Below are positions 25,513 through 39,100 of a DNA stretch of 64,000 nucleotides, piece after piece. Origin of the DNA: Amphiscolops sp. MND2022 (Eukaryota); assembly GCA_964187785.1 (NCBI GenBank), contig OZ076409.1:41976001-42040000 (forward strand). Direction: 5' to 3'. The first letter of the stretch is position 1; each line of letters starts with the position of its first letter. The notes beneath the pieces are model-generated. The model ran no database searches. It saw only the letters and a list, made by a program, of their open reading frames with translations, and had not been told where the DNA came from. A program made the position numbers and the translations under genes.

Positions 25513-25740
25513 TGGCTAGCGTGTTCACCGGATCAGAATCCGATAGAAAATATGTGGTCTATCATCAAATGCAAAATTTTCGCAGAATGCAAGCAGTAAT
25601 TGTGCCAAAATGGCCTCTGGACTGCCATCAAGCAGGCGCATGCTAAAATTCACCCAGATATTATCAGAAAATTGACGTCGTCGGTGGATTCTCGATTAGT
25701 CAACGTTTTCGAGAAACAAGGCGACTGTTTTAACATGTGA
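25513..25740 (+). pseudogene. Tc1/mariner transposase C-terminal remnant
   Basis: WLACSPDQNPIENMWSIIK...KQ*...LWTAIKQAHAKI...IIRKLTSSVDSRLVNVFEKQG matches the WPxxSPDLNPIE(N)xW motif; one internal stop. Confidence 0.85.
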
Positions 25741-26363
25741 ATCATGCCAGAACTCTCATTTCTCTGTTCTGTTGTCTCTGTTGTCACTATTAGTAATTGA
25801 GTAATAAATATTCTCGCTGATATATTCTATTTATTGTTTTTTGCATAAACAAAGTGAGCCACCTAATTATCGCTAAAAGCATTTTAGAGTGACCAGGTCC
25901 TGGCAAACACTAATAATATAGCTTAGTATATAGCCCTTCACATTGTCACCTTGACACATTGAAATAAATTTGCAACTGTGTTTCTATTCAGAGAAATATA
26001 GGAAAAATCAGTTTGCTTAAACAAATGAGCCACGGTGTAGAAAGCAAAAGGTTGTTTACTTGACCTATTATTAATTAGTTTTAGGCCATGATTTTTAATT
26101 GTAATACAAAAACAGAAGCCCACAGAAAAAGTTCAAGAATGAAAAAGTCTGCAAAAATGTCACGCAACATGTTCACGAGAATCTTGGGAGATGTAATTTT
26201 AGACGAATCATAAAAACATTCTTTGATCGATACGATCATGTACGATCTTGCCGGAGTTTTCCCTGAGAAGATAAGCTACTTTTTTTTACAGCATGTGTCT
26301 TGGTCTTATCGAAATTACTTGCTGTGATAAAGATCACTCCATACAAACGTTGGTGCTTTTCAG

Positions 26364-26545
26364 GTTCATTTCCGTGTATCTACGAATGGCAGTTCTGTGA
26401 CGGGCTATTCGACTGTCCGGCCATGGTGGATGAAATCAACTGTCCCCCTAAGGCCAAGCTCAACTGCAGTGAAGAGCAGGGTAGAGTGGCCTGTGCAGAC
26501 AACTCTAGATGCATCAAAAAAGAATGGAGATGTGATGGCTACCAG
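26364..26545 (+). CDS. ENaC-like gene exon B: LDLa repeats
   Basis: ttttcag|GT ... CAG|gtacga; SFPCIYEWQFCDGLFDCPAMVDEINC ... CADNSRCIKKEWRCDGYQ completes the repeat begun in exon A. Confidence 0.92.
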
Positions 26546-26687
26546 GTACGATAGCCCATTGTTCTCTGCCCCATTGTTTTTACTTCCTTTGTTCAGGGTT
26601 TTCCTTGAACTGTCCCCGCAATGGAAATTTAACTCAGTAGCTATTGCGACATAATATAAAGTTAGACAGTGTTATCACTGCAATATC

Positions 26688-27407
26688 TGTAACGGCAACT
26701 GCCCATGTCAAAATTTTCGAAGCAAAAATTCGTTCAAATCTGACGTGGCACTCAAACATGCTCCAGACGAAAGACCTGTCAAAAAAGCAGATCAGAAATC
26801 AGAAATCGCCCCCGCGAGAGACGACGAGAAGAGAAGACGTAGAAAACAGTCCCTAGAACACGGTGAAGTGCTCATCTTTGGTCTTTGGCGTTTACACTAC
26901 ATAGGCAACAGAAACCGGTGTTCCAGATGCTCGCCTGAAGATCCTGCGGCGTCCTGTGCGGTGACGAGCGCTAGCGCTGGGAAGCCATGGTCAATTCATT
27001 CCTACTAAAAACTCAAACTTCCGATATTGTTGTGCTTGTTGTGCTTTCCTTGTTGTAGTAGATTGATATGCTCGAGAGCTGCCCATTTACATCTATGGTT
27101 ACCCCTTTTTGATGTCGATTTTATCAGATTCTCCAATACTATGGCTCTACATCCTCCCGTTTTCAGCCCCCTTTTTAAAGGCTAATTGAGCAGTGGTCTT
27201 GAGACATGCAAGATGCCCGTTACTTTTAGCAATTACAGACTAGGACCAGGCCAGAGAGTTTCCAACAAGACGGTTCCCCCACCTTGGGACTGGCTCCTTC
27301 GGAGGGAAAATGAGCTAGGGCCGCGGAGATCTAAGTCCCAGATTATATTCGCTGTTCTAGTTCCTCCATTCTACGTTGCGGTTCAAGCGCCAGCGCTTAT
27401 CGTTACA
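26688..27407 (+). repeat. 5' LTR of the giant Gypsy
   Basis: 7-bp inverted termini; no difference from 44877-45596 found by eye; LTR-internal ORFs translate identically. Confidence 0.97.
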
Positions 27408-27422
27408 TAGAACCTCATTTTT

Positions 27423-27440
27423 TGGCGACCACAGAGGGAT
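27423..27440 (+). promoter_or_regulatory. Primer-binding site, tRNA-Arg-like
   Basis: TGGCGACCACAGAGGGAT is complementary to a tRNA 3' end ...CCCTCTGTGGTCG-CCA, as in GACC-start tRNA-Arg. Confidence 0.75.
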
Positions 27441-28620
27441 CGTCTTGGGAAGCTTTCCCTAGCGGTTTTTAAAAGATCTGGCCCCCTGGTAATCAGCGCC
27501 AAGCCCGTTTCGACTCTGAAGAAGGAGAGAGAAGCAGAGTTTTGCCCTTTTTTAGTCGTGTGACATTCTACTGGAACTGGGAGAAGCGTTGAACCAGAGA
27601 AAACCCGAAAAAATCACGTTTTCAGGTGCGAAAATGGTATTTTTAGGTGTTTTGGAAGGAAATCGATATTTTTGTGTGATGTGTTGTGTGCCCATCAGCG
27701 GGTATCTTTTTGCAGGTGCTGAAGACCGTAGCACGTGGCTACGGGTGTTTAACAGGTTTTGCAAGCTATTTTCAGCCATTTTATGCCATGCAAGAGGGTG
27801 ACTGGTGGATGGCTGACCATGAACCAGCGAGGCGAAGGGGAAGTCAAATTGTGTGTTGCCTACTTCCTACTCCCATTTCTCGTGGAGACGTCCTAGAGGT
27901 ATGGTTTTTGGTGGACGGCAAGTGCAATTGCAGACGATGCTAATGGTCCAACCCGCGTGTCTCTATCTGGTCTGGATGTGGAGAAAAAGCGTGGTGAAGG
28001 TGCACCCCCTGTGACCGGACGCGTCGCTCAAATGGCTCATGGTCGGTGAAATTTTTGAAAATGCACCTTTTTCGACGGGGAATCGTTGGTGCAGGTCAGT
28101 AATGTTTTATTGTAGATGTAACGACACCCTACGAAGTGCTTTTCTGCAAAAAAGATAGCACTTGCGTGAAAAAACCTTGATTTTGCGTTTTTTTCGTGTT
28201 TTTCGTGGTTTTGAGCACTTGTGCTCAACGGAGCCAGGAAAACTTCATGAAAAGTGTTGTAAAAAGCAGCTACAAGGCTCGAGAAAGCTAGTACGAGGCA
28301 CAGAAGGCCGTAATTTAGCCTTTGGTTGTGATAAAAGTGCCGATCTAGCACCAGAAAATTGCAAAAAAGTGGAATTTTGACCAAAATGGCACCCAGAAAC
28401 ACAGGCGTACACTGGTGTAGAAGTATGAAAAAGCAGTGTACGGTGTTTTGTCAAGCGTAGTAAACCCACGGGACACTAACTGTAACTTTTGCAGCGGATT
28501 CAGGCAGCCTGGGGCTGACACGGTGCAAAAAACCGGTAATTTAAGGTGTTTTTAGGCATAGAAAGTGCATTGTCTGAAAGTCTTGAGGGTGAAGCTTAGT
28601 GGACCAGAGCGAGTCTGAAT

Positions 28621-28894
28621 GCTCTTATTTTCTGTTTTGGTAATAAAAATAACGCATTGTGGTGAAAACCGCGTGCAAAAATTCCTTTTCATTGCTGAGA
28701 AAAGTTGAAAAACCTTGATTTTTAGTCAGTTTTAGGAGTGTCTGAGTATACAGTTAAAACCCCTTGGGCACTCTGTCTTTTTGTTAGCTAGGAGCCTTCG
28801 CGCTCTCATTTTCTGTTTCTATAATAAAAATAACGCATTGTGGTGAAAACCGCGTGCAAAAACTCCCATTCAGTGCTGAGAAAAGTGGAAAAAC
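28621..28894 (+). repeat. Two ~92-bp direct repeats (period 181) in the Gypsy 5' leader
   Basis: TAATAAAAATAACGCATTGTGGTGAAAACCGCGTGCAAAAA core at 28641 and 28822. Confidence 0.9.
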
Positions 28895-30112
28895 GCACTG
28901 GATTTGATCAATTTTCCACAAAACCGGACTGTCTCTGAGTTAGGGTCGGGTCATCGATTCCTGAACCCTAGCCAAAAAGTGGTTGCATTTCCGTAACCAC
29001 CACAAAAAGTAACGTTAGTGCCGAAAATTTGGTGGGCGTATCGTTCCCCAAAGTCGAGAAAAGCTCTCTGACGTTTTGACTTCAGAGGAGCTGAAAAAGC
29101 CGAAAAATTCCAAAACTGCAGGACTGTCAGTGCCTTATATCCAACGGGCATAACCAATTGAGGGTTTACCCCAGTGCTACGGGTAGTGGGGCAACACGTT
29201 GGTCCCATTTTGTCCGCCGTACCACTTTCTGAAGTGATCCTCTTGGTCAATTTGTGAAAAAGTTGTCAAAAACAGTGTTTTTTCGCGTACAACGTACATA
29301 GTGGGTCGGAACTTCAAATAAGCGCTTGCGCTTCAATTCGACCACATCAGCGGCATTGTAGGTGCCCACAGGCATAAACTACCAAGTTTGGTGCCGATCT
29401 GTGTGATACTTGTGGAGAAAATAGGCAAAAAGTGGCACCCAAAAAGGTGTGCAAAAAGGCAGTTTTTTCTTGATTTTTCCAAGTAACCCGGGTACCTTAG
29501 CCAACGGGTGGGGCCATATTGCAGCCTACCATCGTAACCTGTGCTAGTTCTTACGTCGCTGCAGAGAATTTGAGCTTGCTAGCTCGTTCCAGTGGACCGC
29601 AATCTTGAAAAAGACGTGAAAAACAGTGTATTTTGGTACATAGTGGTACCGCACGTCTGTACCTAGGTGAAACTGTGTAGAAGGGGCGCAGCTCAAAACT
29701 GTGTTTATCTTCGTGAACCTACACGTACCTAAGATCTGCTGGTCAATTTTGGGCTTGATACAACGCCCCCAGCGCACACACGAGCCTCTTGAGTGTTGTA
29801 GTGCAAATTTTGGAAAATCCAAAAAATCTTTGAAATTCTTCCTGTGAGTGACCGGAGACGTTTTGCCCCGAACCAGGTTGATTTTCTGGCCCAGTGTGCT
29901 TGTGGAAAAGCGCTGTGTAAATTTGAACAGCCTACGAGCCTTAAAACGTACTTCGAGAAATTTGGGACGTGGTGAAACAGTCAAATTTCTTAAGTCCACA
30001 CCGAGACGAGCCCAAAGCTAACAGCGACTCGACAAATCCCGCGTTGTTCGAGGCTTCTTTAAAGGCTACGTCCGAATCGTTGACACCTGTTCTGCCATTG
30101 GCATTGAGTGTA

Positions 30113-33100
30113 ATGGTCCTACCAGGCCTGGAAAAGCTTGACATGAGTTCGCAATCATGGGTGACCATAGGATCCACAATGGACGGTTCGCATTTTTCAG
30201 ACGAAATGTCTGACGAAGTCACTATCGAGCAACAACGAAAGGAGGAACTGGCCGCCATGGTCCCTCCCTCCGAGGGTTCCGCTGCATCTGGAAGCTCTCG
30301 TCGAACCGAACAATGGGTCGAAGAAACCTGTCGTGAAAGAGCCAATGAAGCAGAAGAAGAGTGGCCCAACTCAAACGTGACCAACGAACTTGCAGCTGAG
30401 GAAGGGTGCTCTCGCGCACCCCTAGGGGAACAAATGAGCTCTCGCCTACAAATCACGGTGGATGAGGATCTGACCTACTCGGAAAACACGAGTGGTGCGA
30501 GACCGCAAGGGACTGGAGTCACTCGAAGTAACCATAGAGTTTGTGCTTATGGCAAACACAAGAAAGTGCGACCGCCCATGATAAATGTAGGTGAACGTCA
30601 AGTTGAGGTGCCTCGTAAGAGGAGCGTGGCAGGTTCAGTAGCATCATCCCAACGATCTTCGGTGTACAAAGCAGCAATATTGGAAGCCCAAGCCGAGACC
30701 CAACGTGCCTTAGCTGAACTGGCTAGCACTCGTGCTGGATGCAATGACCAACACCGTGCCATCGCAGAAAATATGAGAACATTGCAGACAACGATGCGAG
30801 AAGGTCTGCAGGTCAGTGATCAACTGCGAACCGCGCAGAATACGCAGGGCGCTCGCGTAGATGCACTAGGATACAGAATGGGTGAGATGAATGACCTTCT
30901 GATGGCCCGTGAACTTCGTGTGGAAACCCAGATCAATGATTTGAGTAACCAAATGCACACTGTGCTCAATGCTATCAACATCATGAGGCGCGAAAGGTCC
31001 CTCCCACGACAAGCTGGCGCCACTGAAGGTGTGCCGATCGCGGATTCAATGAAGGCCACGGAATCATCGCACCGGAGTCAGGCAACAAAACCCGAGTTGG
31101 CGAGCGTATTGAAGCCCAGCACCTCCAAGTCGACAACGCCTGAAACCCGAACCAAGGATCCTGTGCCCATCATGGCTGCCGTGGAGCGCAAACCTGCACG
31201 GGTGCAGGTAAGAGGGCCCCACGACTCCTCGTCGATGAGCCAAATGACATCCTCCATAGTTCGAAGTGCCACCCGAGACCAAGGTGTGGACCCGATGTCA
31301 CCTATCTATCTAGATACTTCTACCGAAGTTGATTTATCCTGTACTAAGGCCACACTAGGGTCCCAGACTGATGGAGCTGCGTATGTGACGGCCCCTACCA
31401 TGGTTTCTGGAACGGACTCCATGTATCTGACCGCCGACTGGACAGCTGAGGACGGGATGCCCTCGGGCGCTCCTTGCGCGAGCAGCACTCGCAGGAAAGA
31501 AGACGTGACGAACCTCTCAGTGCGAGCTACGCATGGCAGTGACGACGGCACCGATGATGTGGCGCCTAAAGAAGGAGAGGCTGAAGCCATTTCTCCTGAA
31601 CAATTGAGGTTCACTGCCGCCATTTCCAAAGCAATGTCCAAAGAACTAGCACCGTTACTTGCGGGACGTGACCTGGCTCAGACCAAACCCAGTGTGTATC
31701 GAGGCTCTAAGGACGGATCTATTGATGGCTGGATCCTAGTGATGCAGCGATACTTAAAAAGAATCCAAACCAAAATCTCGGCCGAAGATCGGGCCTGGAG
31801 TATTATCGGTCACCTCGAAGGTGAGGCTCGCAACTACATTATCAACAAGGCAGAGTCTGAACGTGACACCCCCGAGAAGGTGTTCGAGCTGCTATCTAGT
31901 CGATTTGGCGCGGGAGGAAATCGCATGCAGGTGCGGCAGACTTTCCAAAGCCGCGTCCAACAAGAAAAAGAAGACTGGATGCAGTACTTAGACGCTTTAG
32001 AGGGTCTCAGGAGCCAAGGGTTCCCGCAAGAAAGTATCACTACGAAACGCTATGAAATCCTGCAACGCTTCATGGAAGGTGTGCGAGATCCAGTGTTGAG
32101 GCGTGAACTTGCTATAGTATACGCCTCGGAAACTTTTCTTACCGAACCCCCTACCGTGGAGTCCTTGCGATTTACCACACGTCAGCTGCAACGCAATCGC
32201 CCCAGACCCACCCAACCTCAACAACCCTATGATCCCCGCTTAGCCATGAGGTCTAGACCTCATCCTTTCGCACCACTACCGCCGAACAAGATGGTTATGC
32301 CGCAGGGCGTCTTGCCACCTCCGGCGCCCCCCCAAAATGTCCCAGTTCCGGCTGTCCCAGCTCCCGTCCGAGCGCCAGTAGGTGCTTGTTTTCACTGTGG
32401 GCAAAACGGACATTTTGCTCGCGAGTGCCCCAATCGTGACCAGGCCCGAAAACCAATGACCGCCTCCGAACCAGAGGGCGTGAAGGTGACCACGGAAGAC
32501 ACGACCGATGGTATCCTTGAAGGTCATCCAGGGATCTATCAATGCGCGAGCTGTGGCCTTTTTGATCAGGCGGAAGTGCAATGTGGAGAGCACTCCCATG
32601 CGCCGAAACCCAATGAAGAGTTGGCCTACAATCGGTGGGCTGAGGTCGAATCAGCTGGCATCGCCGCGCACACCGTACCTTTGGAAGATGACCGAGTGTT
32701 GATGCTACACCCAGCGGAACCGCCTGCGTTCCACACTCCGATGACTTTCACTTGTGGTGCTAAGCAAGTTCAAACCTGCTTGGAACCCACAACGTTCGAT
32801 CCGCAAGGACGTACACTGATTTCAATTCACCTGTTGCTGGCAGCTGAGCAAACACGTAGGCCGACGCTAACTCTGGCGAAGCTATGGGTCGAATTATCTA
32901 TCCTCTATAAACGAAACGAGTTACCTCGACCGAAAGAATGGTACGCTCCGGGAGAGTCTGCGACTCTGACAACGTATTCCCCAGTGCCAGTCTGCGCTTC
33001 AATGGATGGAGTGGACATGAAGTTCGAAGCCTGTGTGGTGGTGGATGTGTTTCCCCCTGGCATTTGTCTGGGTCCCCAGGAGCTCAAATGCTATAACATC

Positions 33101-36100
33101 AATCACCAGGAGCCCACCGGCGAAGCGCGTATAGATGAGCGTGCGTCGCTCGTGGTCTCTTTCGTGGTGCCTCATGCAGCACCTATTCCGCTGCGAGGAC
33201 TGGTGGACACTGGCTCGGGCGTCTCCATACTGACGTTTTCCGCCTTCAACAGAGTGGCAGCTAAAACTGGAACGGTACTTAAACCCTACCAAGTTGACCT
33301 ATACGCAGCCAACGGGAAGACAATAAAAACCTACGGCCTCGCAGAACACATCCATTTCCAGCTGGGAGGATACGAACTTGAAACGAACTTTGTGGTGGTA
33401 GATGACGCAATGGGCGTGGAAGACTTCCTACTTGGCCGGAACTTTCTTCGCTCCTACCAGGTGTTAGTGGATCTAACATCTATGAAGATTGTGGTGCGAG
33501 CACCAGTGAAGCCTGTGTGGCATCATGCTCACGCACAGGTAGGTGACACTTCAATAGCTACTCCAGTCGTTTTGGACAGTGACTTGGTCCTGCAACCTTT
33601 TGAACGAGCGGTGGCTAGAGCCAAGCTCGTCACCAACACACTAGAGCCGCTGATTTTTCAAAGCGTAGCACTCAATGCCTCTTTGTCTGACACTACGTTG
33701 CACAATGTCGTCTTTTTAGAGGACAGCGTGGCCACTGTCAGTGAGACAGGAACACTCTTTGTGAGTCTGATAAATCTCACCAGCAACCCTCAACGTATGC
33801 GGTGTGGTGTACAACTGGGCACCGTAGTACCCGTAACGGTAGTATACCAAGCAGTACCTCAATGTTTGGACTCTCCCACTACAACCGGCACTAAAACTGA
33901 CGCCGACGACAGTCGTGCAAATTTTGTTCATAAAGTTTATAGTGAAGTGAATCTATCTACTGCTTCTGAGTTAACCTCTTCTTCCGAATTTGAGTTTTTG
34001 TCCTCTACTGACCCTAGCGAAGCAGGACTATCGGAGCGCGAGATTCGCAAACGAACAGACCCAGAGCTAATGGCTCCGATTCCTGGGCCGGAATCTCAGC
34101 TCAAGGCGGTCAAGGATTTGTGGGGCGCTAGCGCCTGCGAGTCTCTCCGTAACCTCCTCGATGAATTCGATGAGCTGTTCATGAAGCACAAAGCAGATAT
34201 CGGTCGGTGCACTATCGCTAAGCACACCGTGGAGGTGGAACCAGGGGCTGTACCGCATCGCGAAGGTGCTCGCCGGATGTCTCCTGAGAAGGCCGAACGT
34301 GCCAATCAGGAGGTACGGAATCTCTTAGCTCTGGGAATGATACAGCCCTCGCTGTCCCCCTGGGCGAGCGGCATTGTAATGGTGAAAAAGAAAAACGGGG
34401 AGTTACGCTTTTGCTGCGACTTCCGCCCGTTAAATGAGGTAACCATTAAGGATGCTTATCCCTTGCCCCGCATCGATGAAAGCCTGGCACGGCTAGGCAA
34501 AGCAAAGATCTATACCAGCATAGACCTTGCTTGGGCCTTTTGGCAAATTCCCGTACGCAAAGCGGATCGCCACAAAACCGCTTTTGCTTGCGAGTTAGGA
34601 CTTTTTGAGTGGCGGCGAATGCCATTTGGTATGTGCAATGCATCTGCCACGTTTCAACGGTCAATAGCGCGTGCGCTAAGGAATATTGTCAATCGTGAGG
34701 GCAGCATGGTCATGGCCTACATTGATGATATCGTGATTGCCACGGAGACTGTGGAAGACCATATGGTACGTCTACGTGAAGTCTTTGAATGTCTCCGTGA
34801 GGCCGGTTTCAAAATGCGCGTGGCCAAATGCGATTTCATGAAATCGGAAATCAAATATTTGGGACGAGTGGTATCCGCAGAAGGAGTGAAGCCCGACCCA
34901 AAAGCCGTCGTCAAGTTGCGTGACTGGGAAATTCCCCGCAACAAGACGGAAATGCAGAGTTTCCTTGGATTTGCCAACTATTATCGCGAGTTCATTCCTT
35001 GGCACGCCAAGCTGGTTGCACCCCTGCACGCCGTCACTGGACTGAATGCCACCTTCGCCTGGGGTCCTGAGCAACAAACCGCATTCAATGAGATCAAAAA
35101 AGCCCTAATCGAGGCAACTGCGCTCGCACAGCCTGATTCCGAAGGAGAGTTTGTGTTGGACACTGACGCTAGTGCTGTCGCCATTTCGGGTATCCTGCAC
35201 CAGTGGCAAGGCCCCCCGGGTGAACGACGCCTGAGACCGATAGTTTACGGTAGCAAGAAGCTCACCACCACACAAGCCAAATACGGAGCCCCCAAACTTG
35301 AAATGTTCGCCGCTTACTATTTCATAGTGAAGAACCACAGCTATTTATGTCCCCGAAAATTTACCCTGCGGGTGGACAACCAAGCTTTGTCCTGGTTGAA
35401 AACCTACTCCACGGATCAAGCGTTAATCGGCCGATGGATCATGACCCTGGAAAAATATCACTTTCGCGTGGAACACCGCCCAAGGACCCAACATCGAAAC
35501 GCCGATGGCTTGAGCAAACGAACCAACGAGTACCGATGCCGCGAAAAACAGCTTGCACAGCAGCCAGCTGCGGGCGAGCGCTGGAACTTTCTTTCAGCTG
35601 ACGAATTTGATAAACTACCTGTTGCCCCATGGTTCGACCTTCAGGGTCGAGTCATCCCGAACCATCCCGAGTTACCTGCGCACCTGCAGAACTTGGAGCC
35701 TACGGCTCCCGACCAATTGCTACGCGTACTTCGCCGCACCAAACGAGCGACCAGGAGGGACAGACAAGCGAAAGCATTCGCAGCCCCTTTACCACCTCCG
35801 CCTGCCCTTGCTCTGCAACTGCACGAGGATGCCTATCCAGACTACCCTGAGGATTGGATCGATGTGACTGACGAAGCACGCGAAGATTATCTATTGCCAA
35901 CGCATGCCGTAAATGTTCCCTCGCGTACCGTCTATGCCATTGCCGGGGTGAATCCTGTGGCGTTGCAAGGTACTCCCTCGGGTGTGCGCGACTCAATTAT
36001 GGCTCTTAAAGATATCAACACTGAACTTCACGAACATGCTCACACCGTGCATGGTATCAAAGATTTGGTTCTAGCCCAAAACCGTGATGTTCATGTGCTA

Positions 36101-39100
36101 GCACTCAAAAAGTTGGTGCTGAACGAATCTATTGATCACGACGTGTTTCCCGAGAACGTGCGTGAGTTCGCACGCAACTACTACCGTCAGAAGAAAACCC
36201 TCCTGTTTATCAACAAGAATGGTGTACTTTGCGTACAATACCCTCCCAACCAACGTCCCCTGCACGAACGTCCGTGCATGATCGTCATGCCACAACTGTA
36301 CCAGCATGAGATTTTATTCCGCGCGCATGACGCTATGGGACATCAAGGTATCTCCAAAGTGGTGGCTAGGATTCAAGAACGTCACACATGGCCTGGTATT
36401 CGGCGCAGCGTGGGCCGTTACGTTGGCCAATGCCTCACCTGTCAACAAGTGCGGGATAAGCCTGGTGACGTCCGATTCCATTTAAAGAATATCCAGAGCG
36501 GATACTTCAACGAATTGGTTCAATATGATCACCTGAAAATCTGCCCCTCAGACAGTAATAACACCGGCATCTTGGTCATAATTGACCATTTCTCCAAGTT
36601 CGCGGAAGCAGTGCCCTGTAGTCATCATGACTACGACGCTGTGACTACCTCTCGGTTGCTGTTGCAAAAGTGGTTCGCCCGTCATGGCACACCCACTAGG
36701 ATGCAGTCTGACAATGCCCCTAATTTGACTGCCGAGGTGTCCAACGAATTCCTAAAAGCAGCCCACGTCACCAAAGTAACCTCTACAGCTAGCCATCCGA
36801 GAACCCAAGGCTTGGTCGAGCGCCAAAATCGGACGCTGCTGACCCTACTGCGAGTTTTTTGTTCCCGCCGTATGCGCGATTGGGACCAATGTCTTGATGA
36901 GGTCATGGGTGCCTACAACTCTACGAGGCACGCTACCACTGGCTTCTCTCCCTATATGCTGACCCGTGGCGTAGAGAAGGCCATCCCTCTCACCTTCTTG
37001 TATCCCGAGTTTGCAGCCAAATCATTCGAGTCGCATGAGGCGTATGTCGATCATGTATTGGCTCGCCAACAGGAAATACATGACCTGGTACGGCGTAACA
37101 CGCACCAAGCCCAATTGCGTCAAAAATTGAAGTACGACCGTGCTATACAAGCACGAGCTTACCAAGTAGGCGAGCTCGTCTGGGTTTTTTGCCGCTACGT
37201 ACCGCAAAAGGGTTCCCCGAAATTGATGCGTGCTTGGCGAGGCCCGCACAAAGTGGTACAAGTTTTTCAGGACGGTCGTGTCTATGTACTAGACACAGGT
37301 CAAAAAGTTCATTTTGAGCGTCTTAAACCGCACCACAGTGGCCCCCTTGAACTTGCTACTGCACACTCGGACAGTGGTGAGGTGGTGGTCCTCATGGACC
37401 CCGAACCTGAACGTTCCGTCGACGTAGTTGATGACGACAAATCTTTATCGTCGTATAAACCAGAACAACTACTTTCAGAGGCGTCCGATGCATCTTTGCC
37501 CTCACGTCGACGTCACTGGATGGACACCCGACTACGCTCGAAACTTCGCGCAGGCGGCTCCCGCCCGCATTATCAGCAATTTGACTATTCCACATCGGGT
37601 ACAGACGACGAACAATCCGATGCCATGTTGCCGATACCTCCTAATCCAGTGGACGAGGATCTAGCGGAGCCTGCGGCTCCTCCGACTACGTTGGATCAGT
37701 CAATATCCCCTGCCCGTGTATTACCCCAGCTGTTCTCTGACCATGAGCGCGTGCGCTCACCGTCTCCGCAAATATCCTCTGAAGAAGAGACATCGTTACC
37801 AGGAACCTCAGCATCCTTGTTAACGAATCCCTCGCTAACCAACTTTCTTAGTAACTATCCCATATGGCCGACCGCCCCTCCGATCCCCCTCAAATCTGCC
37901 AGCAGCGACAGCGACGGTCAGCCCGATCTGCCTGATGCTCCCGAGACTTCGCCAGGAGCGGGGACCGCTCCTTCTCTTAAAAGGGGGAGGGGGAGACCAC
38001 CCAAGGCACAGAAGAAACGGCTGATTCGAGCGAAGGCAAGAACGAGGAAGAAAGAAACACCGAGAAAAACCGAAGCTGAAACTGCGATCCAGGCCGAAAC
38101 GGAAGCTCCCAGAACTGCAGAGACGCTAACAGAAGCATCTGCAACTGCTCTTAGGTATCAACTAAGGAGTAAGCGACAGCCGCGCTACAAGTGTGGAACC
38201 TGCGGGCTGCGAGATTGTGTCTGCTTATTAGCTGTGAATGAGAACCGGAGGGTTCCCATTGGAGCCCGGGGAGTTCCTCCGGAAGAGAGAGAAAACTTGG
38301 TGTACCGCCTCACGGTGCGGGCCGAGAAAACCTACTCAGCTGTAGAGCGGTCCGGAGACTACCCTGTGGACACTATCCTGGAGAAGTTGTCACTGCCTGG
38401 GGTAACGAAGGCCCCTTGTCCTAGGTTTAAGGAGTGGACAAGCGATGGAAAGGGCCTGGAGTTTACCCTGCCCACGGTGTTGCCCCCCGTGCCCAGTAAT
38501 GTTGCGTTTGGACCATTCAATTTTGAAAGGGAACCTGTGCAGATGGTCCGATGCATCACTGCTGACTTGTTGTGCGACAAGTATGGAGTCCAGGTGGAAC
38601 CAGGAGGGGTATACAGCCCGGCTCCTCACTGGTGGCTGCTGGTAACAGCTCCACGAGTGGAGGCGCTGGTAGAACCGTTGAATCTGTTATCCTGTCTGGA
38701 GAGTCTGAGGACCCTCACCACTGTGGACTTAATACTTTGCTTCCATATTATAGACTGGTACCGAGGCAAAATGAAGTTCGCGTGGTGGCTGGAACTAATA
38801 ATCACATGTTTCGCCACCTATCCCAGAATTCGACTATTAGATGAGTGGACCCACACTTTCGAGATCCCCTTGTTCCCTAAAGCCGCCCTGGGAACTTTAG
38901 ACGCGTGGGTAAAGGCCGGCAGCGACAATCGAGCGATGCCCCGCTCAGTGTGGCAAGACCTGGCTGCAGTCCAAGGGCGTACCCCTCGCGTGTGTCTGCC
39001 CTCAGATAATGGCCCCGGACGAGAGATTGTTTACCCGGGAGCCCTGTATCCGAACTCAGCCGAACACGTCTCTTACGATGAATCCGATTTCTTGCAGGCC

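Noticed and set aside
26644..27410. Short ORFs duplicated at 44731-45614
   Set aside because: They are incidental translations of the two LTR copies
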